Positions 1-15,200 of a stretch of DNA of 64,000 nucleotides are shown here, one piece after another; position 1 is the first letter of the stretch, and each line of letters opens with the position of its first letter. The DNA is taken from the NCBI GenBank assembly GCA_002269645.1, contig NIVC01000422.1, forward strand, positions 496,001 through 560,000, read 5' to 3'. Source of the DNA: Macrostomum lignano. Its lineage: Eukaryota. The translations under genes and the position numbers were made by a program. The notes beneath the pieces are model-generated. The model was given only the letters and a program-made list of their open reading frames with translations, made no database searches and had not been told where the DNA came from.

Positions 1-329
<329 letters not shown>

Positions 330-939
330 AACAAAGCACAGAATCGCAGCCAGCCCAGGTCAGCAATGCTGTATAGCAGGGATGCAGACTACACACAGTT
401 ATTAATCAAGCCGTGGAACCCTGCAACTCGAGTCGAAACTCAGCTTAAGAAGAAACGCGACGCCACTCGAACTGCGCAGGCCACACGTCGCAAGGATATC
501 CGATGGGTTTGGAGAGTTTAAGCTGACTCTTTGACCGAAGCACAATAAAGAATGAAGCGGATTATCTCTCTATGCTCAAAATCCGTGGCTTTGCAACTGC
601 TGGACTGTTTGTTAGAGCATTATGCTTGCTGTATAATCACATGTTTGTCCGGTTCTGTGGACATGTTCCTGGAAATCTGTAATGCGAATAGAAATGGATT
701 AGTTTGATATTTTTCCTCATCTATTCATGCCCAGGCAGCTTATAGAAATATTATATCAATATCTCAAGATGTTCGGAAAGTGCTGTGATGTTCTGAAATA
801 TGCGACTAATAACTTAAATGTTGTTTTGTTAATTTGGCTGAGTTGCATTTTTGGAGAATTGGAAAGTAGCGGTCTGCTCATGAGGGTGGGCAGTGAGGGG
901 TGAGGAAACAACTCGTGAGATACGATTGCGAGAGAGAGG

Positions 940-1990
940 GAGAGGGGGGCGAGATAGGATAGAGGATAAAGAAGAGACAAGAGATAATAGAGAGGAAATA
1001 TATATAATAGGACAGATGAGAGAGTAGGATTGAAAGTGTAGAGAGTAGAGAGTAGACGGGAGGGAGAAGATACGAGAGGATGAGAGATGAGAGATGAGAG
1101 AGGAGAGAGGAGAGATGAGAGAGGAGAGGTGAGAGATGAGAGAGGAGAGATAAAAGATGAGAGATGAAATATTCGTTCGACCTGTTTTCATTTCATTAAC
1201 ATAATTGCGCGCAATCAGGTAAGCAAATATGTCTATGTAAGCAATCGTTTCAATCGAAACAGATATGAGATGAGAGATGACAGAGACAGAGATAGAAGAG
1301 GATAAAGTAGATAGGAGAAGTGAAGGGGTGGGTGAGACGAATTGAGGATAGAGTATAAAGGAGAGACAAGAGATAAAGGATAAGATAGGGAATGAGTAGA
1401 GAGATGAGAGAAGAAAGATAATAGATATAGGTGAGAGGTGAGCTGATATGAGATATGAGATGTAAGAGAATAGAGATGAGAGAAGAGAGAAGATAGAAGA
1501 GAGATGATAGATGAGAGATGAGAGATGAGCGAGAGATGAGAGAAGAGAGAAGATAGCTGAGAGATGAGAGATGAGCGAGAGATGAGAGAAGAGAGAAGAG
1601 AGAAGATAGCTGAGAGATGAGAGATGAGCGAGAGATGAGAGAAGAGAGAAGAGAGAAGAGAGAAGAGAGATGAGAAATGAGAGATGAGAGATGAGAGATG
1701 AGAGATGAGATAGGAAATGAGTAGAGAGATGAGAGAAGAAAGATAATAGATAGAGGTGAGAGGTGAGCTGATATGAGATATGAGATGTGAGAGAATAGTG
1801 ATGAGAGAAGAGAGAAGATAGAACAGAGATGATAGATGAGAGATGAGAGATGAGCGAGAGATGAGAGAAGAGAGAAGATAGCTGAGAGATGAGAGATGAG
1901 CGAGAGATGAGAGAAGAGAGAAGAGAGAAGAGAGAAGAGAGATGAGAAATGAGAGATGAGAGATGAGAGATGAGAGATGAGAGAGAATAG
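940..1990. repeat. Purine-rich low-complexity (GAGAT/GAGAA)n repeat
   Basis: Degenerate GAGAT/GAGAA units in two blocks. This explains the spurious LISHLSS ORFs. Confidence 0.9.
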
Positions 1991-2989
1991 GTATTTCACT
2001 GCAGGAGTATATAGATATATAGAGGAGAGAGAAGCAAGGGGGCGGATAGGGCCCTCAGTCAGTCTTCAGTATACATGTAGCAGGCTTAAGTTATTGTACA
2101 GAAAGTTACTTTAAATTCCAAGCGTACTACTAATCAGTTTGTGTCAGTAGTATGCTAGAGATTATTCAGGCTTCGTTTCCATTATGTCCTATATACTAAA
2201 AATAAGAATTTCGAATCTTGCAAACAAAATTTAGTTAAAATTCCAACTAATTTATTCTGAATCCAACACTCAAGAGTTTCACATTTCTGTTGGTTATTCC
2301 CCGGAACTGTGAAACGAATTCAGAAATAAATTGCAAATCAATGTTTCAAGTCTGTCAAAATTTCAAAAAAGACACTTCCTTAATTAGGACTTGGGACAGG
2401 GTCTCTCTTTTAGAAGAATCCTTCTTTTGCTTTTGGTCTATTGGAAACTTCTGCTGTTGCTACCGAGTCGATGTGCGGACATGTTTGAGGCTACTTGGCT
2501 GCCATATATGGGCGCAAATCTAATTAGCGGCTTTGCAAGAGGCTTTCACACCTGGCAGTATTGAGCCATCCTTGAGGACATCCTTGATTGAGTCTGTTCG
2601 AAATCTTTTTGCCAAGCCGAGGGCAGATATTGGGCTTATGATTTATTCATAATTTCATATTGATTTTTCTGTGCAAGTTTGAAAGCAATAGAAGGCGTGT
2701 GGCAGAAATGCTAATTTTGTTTTAGTTAGTTTAAACAAACTTCTACCATGGTTAATAAAGGCCATTTCTCATCATAAAATTTTACTCAAGTATTTCTTGT
2801 CACGATTTTCACCAAATTTGTCTTCTTTTAAATACATTTAAGCATTAGTTTACAATATCAACAAATGCTTACTTTTACTTTCACAGATTTGAGGATTAAT
2901 AAATGTTTTATTATTTTTTATAACGCTACTATGACTGAAACAATACTGTATGATGTGCTGGATAATTAATAACCAGATCAACATTCTAT

Positions 2990-3460
2990 GAGCATTTAAA
3001 TATTCTATGACCGTTTCAGCACTCAATGACCTTTAGCTATGACCACTCTAGCTATGACCACTTTAACACTCTATGATTAGCTTAACACTCTATGACCAAT
3101 TCAACACTCTATGACCATTTCAAAATTCTCTTGATGACCTGCTGTACACCCTATGACCATTCTAACACTGTACGAGAATAAGCATTTCAACACTCCATGA
3201 ACAGTTCAAGAATTTATGACCAGTTTAATATGGTCTATGACCATTTCAACACCATGAACAGTTCAAGAATCTATGACCAGTTCAATATGGTCTATGACCA
3301 TTTCAATACTCCATGAACAGTTCAAGAATCTATGACCAGTTCAATATGGTCTATGACCATTTCAATACTCTATGAGCAGTTCAAGAATCTATGACCATTT
3401 CAATACTCCATGAACAGTTCAAGAATCTATGACCAGCTAAAGCCTTCTATGACCAGTTGA
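2990..3460. repeat. Degenerate ~19/38-bp tandem repeat
   Basis: Alternating CTATGACCATTTCAA.ACT and CCATGAACAGTTCAAGAAT units. Confidence 0.8.
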
Positions 3461-3719
3461 ATTCTAGCCAGCTTTGCCAATCCTGACAGCAATAACTATC
3501 CAAGTCTGAAACCAAATTTTCTTAGTAATGAGCCACACAAGCCAGTAAGCAACGCATCATAGCGGCGCTAAATGGGGTTTTGCCAGAGACTACCGAATGC
3601 AGTGCCAGGCAATGCGACAAGTATGCGTTCCTTATCAACCTCCACCTCATTTCTAAGAAACTCTATTGTAGCCTCCGTCTACTCCGCTTGTCCATGAAGC
3701 AGAGCTGGTCTGCCAGCAG

Positions 3720-3870
3720 AGCCCGCCCTCATTGGCTTCGGCTGAAACATTCAATGGGCATAAATATCCTAACAATATCAACTCCAACAGATAAGAGAGG
3801 AAGCTTCTTTTTAGCACCTAACACTGAACTCACTTCGTGAGCACTCGATCTACAAAGGCTTTCCTTTTAG
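3720..3870 (+). promoter_or_regulatory. Candidate Hdc promoter and 5'UTR exon
   Basis: GC box CCCGCCC at 3722, ATTGG (reverse CCAAT) at 3731, TATA-like CATAAATA at 3759. Strong donor AG|GTAAGA at 3871 pairs with acceptor TTTCAG(CAG)(CAG) at 4332-4340, just before the ATG. An in-frame TAG at 3868 makes the upstream exon non-coding. Confidence 0.4.
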
Positions 3871-3878
3871 GTAAGAAA

Positions 3879-4310
<432 letters not shown>

Positions 4311-4346
4311 TGTCGCAGCCTCCCTGCCTTTCAGCAGCAGTCTCTG

Positions 4347-4547
4347 ATGGACCTCAGCGAATACCGCAGGCGCGGCAAGGAGATGGTGGACTTCATCGCG
4401 GACTACCTGGAGAACATCCGCAGTTACCGCGTGTTTCCGGACGTGGAGCCCGGCTACATGCGAGCCATGGTGCCCGATGGGGCGCCGGAGCGCGGCGAGA
4501 AATGGGATCAAATTTTTGCCGACTTTCAGAGTGCCGTCATGCCGGGA
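4347..4547 (+). CDS. Hdc: Hdc coding exon 1
   Basis: [24 protein letters not shown]...VMPG; donor GTGAG at 4548. Confidence 0.93.
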
Positions 4548-6004
4548 GTGAGCGAACATCTTGGGCTTGATGAAGGATCTAGGATTCTGTAGATTAGGTC
4601 ATAGTCAGATCATAACTCAGTCCTAGTGACATAATGGAGTCATAACCGTTTCCAACCCAACGCAGATGACGCACTGGCAGAGTCCCAGGATGCACGCCTA
4701 CTTTCCTGCTCTGAACTCGCCAGCATCCCTGCTCGGAGACATGCTGGCCGAGGGCCTGAACCCGGTTGCCTTCACCTGGGCCTCATCACCTGCCTGCTCA
4801 GAGCTGGAGATCATCGTGATGGACTGGCTGGCAAAGATGCTGAGTTTGCCGGAGTACTTTTTGCACAGCTGCGGTAGCAGCTCCGGCGGGGGCTGCATTC
4901 TGGTGAGCGGTGATGGCACTGTACTGATTGTCACTCTCTGCTGTGATTGAGTGATTGTCACTCTCTCCTGTGATCGAGTGATTGTCACTCTCTCCTGTGA
5001 TTGAGTGATTGTCACTCTCTCCTGTGACTGAGTGATTGTCACTCTCTCCTGAGATTGAGTGATTGTCACTCTCTCCTGTGACTGAGTGATTGTCACTCTC
5101 TCCTGTGATTGAGTGATTGATTGTCACCCTCTCCTGTGATTGAATGATTGTCACCCTCTCCTGCGATTGAGTGATTGATTGTCACCCTCTCCTGTGATTG
5201 AGTGATTGTCACTCTCTCCTGTGATTGAGTGATTGTCACTCTCTCCTGTGATTGAGTGATTGTCACTCTCTCCTGCGATTGAGTGATTGATTGTCACCCT
5301 CTCCTGTGATTGATTGATTGTCACTCTCTCCTGTGATTGAGTGATTGTCACTCTCTCCTGTGATTGAGTGATTGTCACTCTCTCCTGTGATTGAGTGATT
5401 GTCACTCTCTCCTGTGATTGAGTGATTGTCACTCTCTCCTGTGATTGAGTGATTGATTGTCACCCTCTCCTGTGATTGAGTGATTGTCACTCTCTCCTGT
5501 GATTGAGTGATTGTCACTCTCTCCTGTGACTGAGTGATTGTCACTCTCTCCTGTGACTGACTGATTGTCACTCTCTCCTGTGACTGACTGATTGTCACTC
5601 TCTCCTGTGATTGAGTGATTGAGAAATGCTTTCGCAGTTTCTGGCTAATTTCTATTAAAGTACACATGTCTTCTAATTTGGCCTATAGCAGCAGGAATAT
5701 TGCATGTCTACGGCAAATATCTTAGCTGAAGATTGGTATCAGTATAATGCAACTCACTTACTTGCAACACTCGCTACACCAAGAATGTCGGTGTGTAAAC
5801 ACATTGAGCAGTAGCCTGCCCAGTTGCAGTTGTTTGGCATTTCATTATTTATCGATTAAATCACGCGACAGAAATTCTGCACATGCTTGGTTTAGTAGGC
5901 TCAGTGATTTGCATTGCTGCACTTTACGTGAGTTGCTGTTGACAGTAGCAAACAACTCACATCAATCAATGAACCAGTCAATCAATCAATCAATCAATCA
6001 ATCC

Positions 6005-6048
<44 letters not shown>

Positions 6049-6070
6049 GTCAATCAATCAATCATTCAAT

Positions 6071-6104
<34 letters not shown>

Positions 6105-6207
6105 GTCAATCAATCAATCATTCAATCAATCAATCAACCAATCAATCACTTAATCAATCAAAAAATGAATCAAACAATTAGTCAATGAATTAATCAATCA
6201 ATAAATT

Positions 6208-6244
<37 letters not shown>

Positions 6245-9200
6245 GTCAATCAACCAATCAATCACTCAATCAATCAAACAATGAATCAAACAATCAGTCA
6301 ATGAATTAATCAATCAATCAATCAATCAATTAATCAATCAGTAAAATATACAAACAAGCCAGCCAATCAATCAGTCAAACAACCCATCAACCATTGTGCA
6401 GACGACAGCCTCCGAGGGCACCCTGGTCAGCTTGCTGGCTGCCAGACGTCAGGCAATAAAAAATTACCGCCTGGATTTGGACTGCGACGAGCTGACGGAC
6501 TCCGAGATCAACAGCCGGCTCATAGCTTATTGCTCCGATCAGGCCAGTAGCAATATTGCTTCTATTTCTACTTCTTGCTACTTATTAAGTAGAAATATTT
6601 GCATTTCATGTTCGAAACTTGCCCGTCTAAGAAAAGTGAAAGAAAACGAAAATGCATAATACACATTGTTGACTTGAGAGAAGTAGTTAACAGTGACTGT
6701 TGTAACGATGAAGGTAGAATTTAATAATTAATTTAATAATTGACTGCACCTGCCCCAATTGGGCCAGATGTGCAGCTGACAGCTCAGCCGCAGCTATTGC
6801 GCGGCGCATCTCTGAAGGCTGCGTACGGCTGTTCAGTCCAAGGACTGGGGGCTCGCCACACACACCCTCAATTACCCCAGCTAATGCTGGCACCCATTTT
6901 ACAGCTGGGTGAACTCAAGCAATGCAGATTTAAGTGTCTTGCTCAAGGACACAAATTGTTCCAGTGGGATCGGGAATCGAACCCTCGACCTTCAAGTCGT
7001 GAGTCCGACGCTCTGACCACTAGGCTCCACATTGATACAGGGATGAAGGGACACATTGATATGAAGGGACACATTGATACAGGGATGAAGGGACACATTG
7101 ATACAGGGATGAAGGGACACATTGATACAGGGATGAAGGGACACATTGATACAGGAATGAAGGACATCGATGCAGGGATGAAGGGACACATTGACCATTG
7201 CAGGCGCACTCGTCCGTGGAGAAGGCCGCGGTGATCAGTCTGGTTCAAATTCGATTTGTCCCATCCGACGAGCGGCACTCGATGCGCGGCGCTGCACTGG
7301 AGCGCATGATCGCCGAGGACGTTAAACGGGGCTTGCAGCCGTTTTACGTTTGCGCCACGCTGGGCACCACCGGAGCCTGCGCGTTTGACGTGCTTGAAGA
7401 GATCGGACCAGTGTGTGAGTTTCCGCGGGGACCTGTCAACATCTTGAACACACTTGAACACACTTCTCAAACACCTTTCTCAAAGACATTTCTCATAGAC
7501 ACTTCTCAGAGACACTTCTCAGAGACATTTCTCAAATACACTTCTCAGAGACACTTCTCAAAGTCACTTCTCAAAGACACTCCTCAAAGATACTTGTTAA
7601 AGTCACTTCTCAGGACTCTTTCCTGGCACTAATCTCTTACGATTTATACCTGACACCTGCTCTAACGCATTCCCAAAACGTTCCTTCACCAAACGCTATC
7701 TGGATCAAACCGTCGTAGGTAAAACGCACGACCTTTGGCTTCACGTGGACGCGGCTTACGCCGGAAGCAGCTTCGTCTGTCCAGAGTTTCGCCAGCCAAT
7801 GCGCGGAATTCAACACGCTGAGTCATTTGTCTTCAATCCCAGCAAGTGGCTGCTGGTCAACTTCGACTGTACAGCGCTTTGGTAAGCGGAGGTTAAAGAC
7901 TACGTCGTATCAAACTCAGTGTTTGTGTACAAAACTTAACCAGGGGATTCATGCCAAGTGTGTGACTGACAAACTTACGGCTCGTATTAGCAATACAGAT
8001 CTCTGATCTCAGACTACAATTAAGTTCGCCATTCCTCATCCGGCAGGGTGAAAGACAGTCGCAAGCTGCACAACACGTTCAACATTGAGCCGCTGTACCT
8101 CAAGCACGAGAGGACCGGTGTAGCCATCGATTTCATGGTGAGTTTTCGTCTGTATCAACAATTATCAAATAATCAATTGAGCATTAGAAATAGCCGCAGA
8201 CCCAAACACTGACAGCATTGGCAGATTCCTTTGAGCAAGAAGTTTCGGTCACTAAAGCTTTGGTTCGTTCTGAGAAGCTACGGCATTGAGGGACTTCAGG
8301 AGCATATTCGGAAGGTGAGCTCTGAATGGCGTTTGCGTCTGACGGCTGACTCTACTGGCTAACAGGTGACTCTAGTGTCTAGCAGGTGACTCTAGTGTTC
8401 AACAGGTGACTCTAGTGTCTAACAGGTGACTCTAGTGTCTAACAGGTGACTCTAGTGTCTAACAGGTGACTCTAGTGTCTAACAGGTGACTCCAGGGGCT
8501 AACAGGTGGCTCTAGTGTCTAACAGGTGACTCCAGTGGCTAACAGGTGACTCTAGTGTCTAGCAGGTGACTCTAGTGTCTAACAGGTGACTCTAGTGTCT
8601 AACAGGTGACTCCAGTGTCTAACAGGTGACTCCAGTGGCTAACAGGTGACTCTAGTGTCTAGCAGGTGACTCTAGTGTCTAGCAGGTGACTCCAGTGGCT
8701 AACAGGTGACTCTAGTGTCTAACAGGTGACTCTAGTGTCTAGCAGGTGACTCTAGTGTCTAGCAGGTGACTCTAGTGTCTAACAGGTGACTCCAGTGGCT
8801 AACAGGTGACTCTAGTGTCTAGCAGGTGACTCCAGTGGCTAACAGGTGACTCCAGTGGCTAACAGGTGACTCTAGTGTCTAGCAGGTGACTCTAGTGTCT
8901 AGCAGGTGACTCTAGTGTCTAACAGGTGACTCTAGTGTCTAACAGGTGACTCTAGTGTCTAACAGGTGACTCCAGTGGCTAACAGGTGACTCCAGTGGCT
9001 AACAGGTGACTCTAGTGTCTAGCAGGTAACTCCAGTGGCTAACAGGTGACTCTAGTGTCTAGCAGGTGACTCTAGTGTCTAGCAGGTGACTCTAGTGTCT
9101 AACAGGTGACTCCAGTGGCTAACAGGTGACTCTAGTGTCTAACAGGTGACTCTAGTGTCTAGCAGGTGACTCTAGTGTCTAACAGGTGACTCTAGTGTCT

Positions 9201-12200
9201 AACAGGTGACTCTAATGTCTAACAGGTGACTCTAGTGTCTAGCAGGTGACTCTAGTGTCTAACAGGTGACTCCAGTGGCTAACAGGTGACTCTAGTGTCT
9301 AACAGGTGACTCTAGTGTCTAGCAGGTGACTCTAGTGTCTAACAGGTGACTCTAGTGTCTAACAGGTGACTCTAATGTCTAACAGGTGACTCTAGTGTCT
9401 AACAGGTGACTCTAGTGTCTAACAGGTGACTCCAGTGTCTAACAGGTGACTCTAGTGTCTAGCAGGTGACTCTAGTGTCTAACAGGTGACTCTAATGTCT
9501 AACAGGTGACTCTAGTGTCTAACAGGTGACTCTAGTGTCTAACAGGTGACTCCAGTGTCTAACAGGTGACTCTAGTGTCTAGCAGGTGACTCTAGTGTCT
9601 AACAGGTGACTCTAGTGTCTAACAGGTGACTCTAGTGTCTAACAGGTGACTCTAGTGTCTAACAGGTGACTCTAGTGTCTAACAGGTGACTCCAGTGTCT
9701 AACAGGTGACTCCAGTGGCTAACAGGTGACTCTAGTGTCTAACAGGTGACTCCAGTGGCTAACAGGTGACTCCAGTGTCTAACAGGTGACTCTAGTGTCT
9801 AACAGGTGACTCTAGTGTCTAACAGGTGACTCTAGTGTCTAACAGGTGACTCTAGTGTCTAACAGGTGACTCTAGTGTCTAACAGGTGACTCCAGTGTCT
9901 AACAGGTGACTCTAGTGTCTAGCAGGTGACTCCAGTGGCTAACAGGTGACTCTAGTGTCTAGCAGGTGACTCTAGTGTCTAGCAGGTGACTCTAGTGTCT
10001 AACAGGTGACTCCAGTGGCTAACAGGTGACTCTAGTGTCTAACAGGTGACTCCAGTGGCTAACAGGTGACTCTAGTGTCTAGCAGGTGACTCCAGTGGCT
10101 AACAGGTGACTCTAGTGTCTAACAGGTGACTCCAGTGGCTAACAGGTGACTCTAGTGTCTAGCAGGTGACTCTAGTGTCTAGCAGGTGACTCCAGTGGCT
10201 AACAGGTGACTCTAGTGTCTAGCAGGTGACTCTAGTGTCTAACAGGTGACTCTAATGTCTAACAGGTGACTCTAGTGTCTAACAGGTGACTCTAATGTCT
10301 AACAGGTGACTCTAGTGTCTAACAGGTGACTCCAGTGGCTAACAGGTGACTCTAGTGTCTAACAGGTGACTCTAGTGTCTAACAGGTGACTCCAGTGGCT
10401 AACAGGTGACTCTAGTGTCTAGCAGGTGACTCCAGTGGCTAACAGGTGACTCTAGTGTCTAGCAGGTGACTCCAGTGGCTAACAGGTGACTCTAGTGTCT
10501 AGCAGGTGACTCCAGTGGCTAACAGGTGACTCTAGTGTCTAACAGGTGACTCTAGTGTCTAGCAGGTGACTCCAGTGGCTAACAGGTGACTCCAGTGGCT
10601 AACAGGTGACTCCAGTGGCTAACAGGTGACTATAGTGTCCAACAGGTGACTCTAGTGTTTAACAGGTGACTCTACTCTCCAACCAAATGACTCTAGTATC
10701 GAACCAGACGACTCAGTCTCTAAAATGTGAATTTAATATCTAGACAGTTAACACTAGTGTCTAGCAGTTGATTCAAATATCTAACAGGTCACAAGTGTCT
10801 AATGTTTAATTGCCTGCCACCCGAACTTTCAACACCACTGCAGTCGGTTCATCTCGCCGAATACTTTGAAGCCAAGATTCGGGCCGACTCGCGATTCGAA
10901 ATGATCGCCGAACGAAACCTGGGTTTGGTGACGTTTCGACTGAAGGTTCGACTATTAATGATACCTGAATGTCAAAGAAGTCTTGGATAGAGTTTAGCTG
11001 GTATTAAGGCTAAAAGTGCATGTATCGTTGTACTTTATCACATCACTCTCGTCTAAATGAAGTTTCCTATTTGTGTTCGGGATCGGTTTAAACGATTGAT
11101 TTCACTATTGAAACGATAAAGTGATTTTTGCAGCTGGATTTTGCACAAAGCGCAGTCTGAGGCTGTTATTTATAAAAGTCAATCTGTTATCGTTTAAAGT
11201 CCTTCTGATCGTTCAAGGTCACTCTCTCATCGTTCAAAGTCACTCTCTTATCCTTCGAGGTCAGTCGCTTATCTTTCAAGGTCAGTCTCTTACGCTCTTA
11301 TCGTTCAAGGTCAGTCTCTTACGCTCTTATCGTTCAAGGTCAGTCTCTTACGCTCTTATCGTTCAAGGTCAGTCTCTTAAGCTCTTATCGTTCAAGGTCA
11401 GTCTCTTACGCTCTTATCGTTCAAGGTCACTCTCTTACGCTCTTATCGTTCAAGGTCACTCTCTTATGATCTTATCATTAAAGGTCACGTTTTTATCAAA
11501 TTCAAGGTCAGTGTCGTATTAAACGTATCGATCAATCGCATCAAAACACAATTGTCGGATTTCCATCCTCCAATTATTTGTACTTTCTGTTTTGCAATTC
11601 AGCCTTGTACTTTTCAGTTAGCCGACTCCCTTCGTCTACCATGCTCTTCCCCACAGACAATCTCAATCGTTAATTCACCATAGATTATACAACTAACCTG
11701 TTCATTCTGTTAGTATAAATACAAGTTAATCTGGCGGCTTAGGCCCTTCACCTCTCTCTCTTCCTTTCTGCACCACTTAAATCTCGTTCTATTAGTTTAT
11801 TGTCTATTCGACAATTTTGGTAGCAGAGCGTGGTTATCATGGTCATTACACGATCGACAACGGACCAATCTGGCGACCAGACCCAGCAGTCGGAGAATGA
11901 CCACCTCTCAGCCTCTGCTGAAGCGACCACTGCCGCGGAGCAGCCACCCGCCGAAAGCAGTGACCCGCTGCCAGCCGCTTCGTCCGCCACGACATCCGCT
12001 CCTCCCGCTGCTCCGTCCTCAGCTCCGATCCCTGCAACAGCTCCCACTGCCTCCGTCGACGTGAACGCCCTCATCGCCTCAATGACTGCGATGATGCAGC
12101 AGAACCAGCAGCTCATTCAACAGCTTGCCGCCACCGTCCGTCCAGCCTCAACATCAACTGCCTCAACGCCCGCATCAGATGCTCACGATCCGGCCGGGCT

Positions 12201-15200
12201 CATCCGCTCCACCATTCTCAAGAACGTACATCTCCCGACCTTCGACGGTACGGACCCTGCTGCATTTCCGGGCTTCTGGGACGCCTTCGTCTACCGCGTT
12301 GACCGCTCCAGCCTCAACGACGTGGACAAATTCGAGGCGCTTCGCGGTCTGCTCTCCGGCTCCGCTCTCAAGAAGCTCGGTGCCCTCGACGCCTGCCAGC
12401 CAAACGCCTACGCTGAGGCCTGTCGTGTCCTTCAGGCCAACTACGCCGACACACAGGAGCAAAAGAACGCCTCCTTCCAGCGTCTCCTCGCCCTTCACTG
12501 CAACTCTGCCTCCGACCTGGGTGAGCTCGAGGAATTCACGGACGCCCTCCGCCTGGCCACCGGCCAGCTTCTCCGCCTTGGCGAGCTTGCCTGCACCCTA
12601 GACAGCTATGTCTACGCGCTCTGGAACCGCCTGCCGCTTGAATTCCAGAGCGAGATCCGCAATCTTCGCGCTTCTAACAAACAACCTCTCATGCCCACCA
12701 TGGCGGAGCTCCAGGACCATCTCGACTGCAAGCTCAAGACCCTCAGAGCTGCCTCAGCCACAGTGCCAGTTGCGCCATTCGCCTCCGCCAGTCTTCTGGG
12801 CAACGCTGCGTCCCGGCCGCCATCCAATCGCAGCCCAGGCGGACACCGAGCTCCTCGCACCAATGCTGCGCCTCGCCCATCAGCGTCACTCGTCCCTTCT
12901 GTCAGCCAACAACAGAAGCCTAGGCGCAGCTGCCTCTACTGCGACAGCTCCGACCACATCGCCATGTTCTGCAGCGAGGTGCGGAAGCCCGATGACCGCC
13001 TCAAGATCGTCCGAGAGAAAAACCTCTGCCGCAACTGCCTCCACAGCCACCACACCCGGGACTGCCATGACACTCGACGATGCCGCGAGTGCAACGGGCT
13101 GCACCACACGACTCTCCACGGAGCCACCTTCGCGAGTTCTAATCAACGTTCGGCGATTCCTCGTTCAAACGCCAACCTTAACGCTGCCGTTGGAGATTCG
13201 AACTCCAAGGGAACAGTCAACTCTCTCGTCTCTGCCTCAGCGGACGGAGGCCTCGCTCCGACCATCATGGCGACCCTTCGAGCAACTGCCGTCAACCCAA
13301 AGGACGGCCGCACTGTCGATTGCAACATCCTTCTCGACTCAGGGTGCTCCTACTCTCACCTCGACGGCGCCGTCGCTCGCAAGCTTGGACTCAAGGCCGC
13401 CAGGAAGCTTACGATTGCCACATCTACCTTTCATGCAGAGTCCAGGCGCCCTGTCACCGCGGATCTTGTAAGCTTCGACCTCCAGGCTCCGGATGGCCGC
13501 CGCTGGCCAATCACCGCCCTCGCGTCTGAACAGCTGGCAGCTCCGATCTACATGCCCGCCGTCGATCTTCCAAAGGACGTCCTCAACACCCTCCAGAGCG
13601 TCCCAAACGGCGTCTGCAACCTTCCACCTGCCCGTGACAAAGACATCTCACTCGACCTCATTCTCGGCGGCGACGTCAACCAGCTCCTGATCGGCCCCGC
13701 CGTTCCTGCCCTGGCTCTGCGACCAACCCTCACCGCATACCTGACACCCTTCGGCGCAATTCTCAACGGCTCCCTCGACAGCACGAGCACCCGGCGCATC
13801 AACGGCTTCCTCGGCTCCTCCCAGGTTCTCGTCGCTAACACCTACCTCAATATCAACAACGAAAGCCTTCACCTGGACCGACTCCTGGACCGCATGTCCA
13901 ATCTCGAGGTTCTGGGCATCGATAAGGGTGCCGGAAAGCCATGCCTGCAGGACGACGGACCCACTCAGCGCCTCCTCGACTCCTCCACCCGCGGCCCTGA
14001 CGGTCGCATCTCCGTCGACCTGCCATTCAAGCCTGGTGCCGAGCTCCTACCTTCCAACTTTGGCCAGGCCTTCGGTCGTGCTCAAGCCACCCACCGCCGC
14101 CTCAGCCTTCCGAGCGCGAGGCCTACTACGCCGAATTCGAAAAACGGAAAGCCGAAGGAGTCTTAGAGCGAGTCGACCCCAAGCGAGACAACAACGGGCA
14201 GATCCTTCACGTTCTACCGCACTTCCCTGTCATCAAGGAAAGCTCAAACACCACAAAAATTCGCCCCGTTGTCGACGCATCAGCACAGACCTCTCTTTCC
14301 GGCGCTACGCTTAATGATTTTCTGGAGCCTGGACCAAACCTGTTGACCTCTCTACTCCAAGTCCTTTTAGTCCATCGCGCCCACCGCTTCGCCATCTCGT
14401 CCGACTTCCAAGCTGCGTTCTATCAGATCGGGGTCAATGAACGCCATCGAGACGCTCTCCGTATCATTCTCCCAAGAGACATCTCTCAACCCCTCATCGA
14501 CGGCAACTTTGAAATATGGCGCTTCACCCGTATCGTCATGGGTGCTTCTCCCAGCCCGTGGATCCTTCTCGCAGTTCTGCACAAGATTTGTTTCGACGCT
14601 CTTAACTCCGGAGAAACATGTCTGACTCGTACGGAGCTCGAACGCGTCATAGGTGGTCTCTACGTCGACAATCTAATCGTCGGAACCGACACTGAGGAGG
14701 ACGCCGCCCGACTAGTCCGTGGACTTCGCGAGCTCTTCCGGCGAGCCTGTTTTCATCTTCGCGAGTTTGCCACCAATCTGCCCAACTGCCTTTCCACGAT
14801 TCCCAGTGAGGATTGCATCCGCAGTCACAAAGTCGGCCTTCTGGGTCTCACTTGGGACACCAGCGCAGACCGCATCGCTCTCAAGAAGCCCAACCTGCCA
14901 CGCCCAGAGGAACTCACCCGCCGAAGGCTATGCCAAGGTGTCCACACCCCCTACGACCCAGCCGGTTACGCCGCTCCACTCATCCTCAGCGGTCGCCTTC
15001 TATATCGCCAGGCTTTCCAAGCCTCCGACTCCTGGGATGAAGCGGCCAGACCCGAGATCCGCGACGCCTGGGCTAAGCTCCTGCCAGACCTCCTCCGCCT
15101 CGATGAGATCAACGTCCCTCGCTTCGTCGCCCAGGATGCGGGTCAGCCAGTCCGCCTCGTCATCTTCTCCGACGGTGCTCCGGGTGCCTATGGCTTCACC

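Noticed and set aside
756-1999. Minus-strand ORFs rich in LISHLSS
   Set aside because: Translations of a GAGAT low-complexity repeat; no domain.
6960-7031. tRNA gene
   Set aside because: A and B boxes run directly into a CORE domain and tail, with no complete acceptor stem; this is a SINE head.
8341-10680. CRISPR-like array (also considered for the other regular arrays)
   Set aside because: Contiguous tandem units with no unique spacers, no cas genes, eukaryotic intron context.
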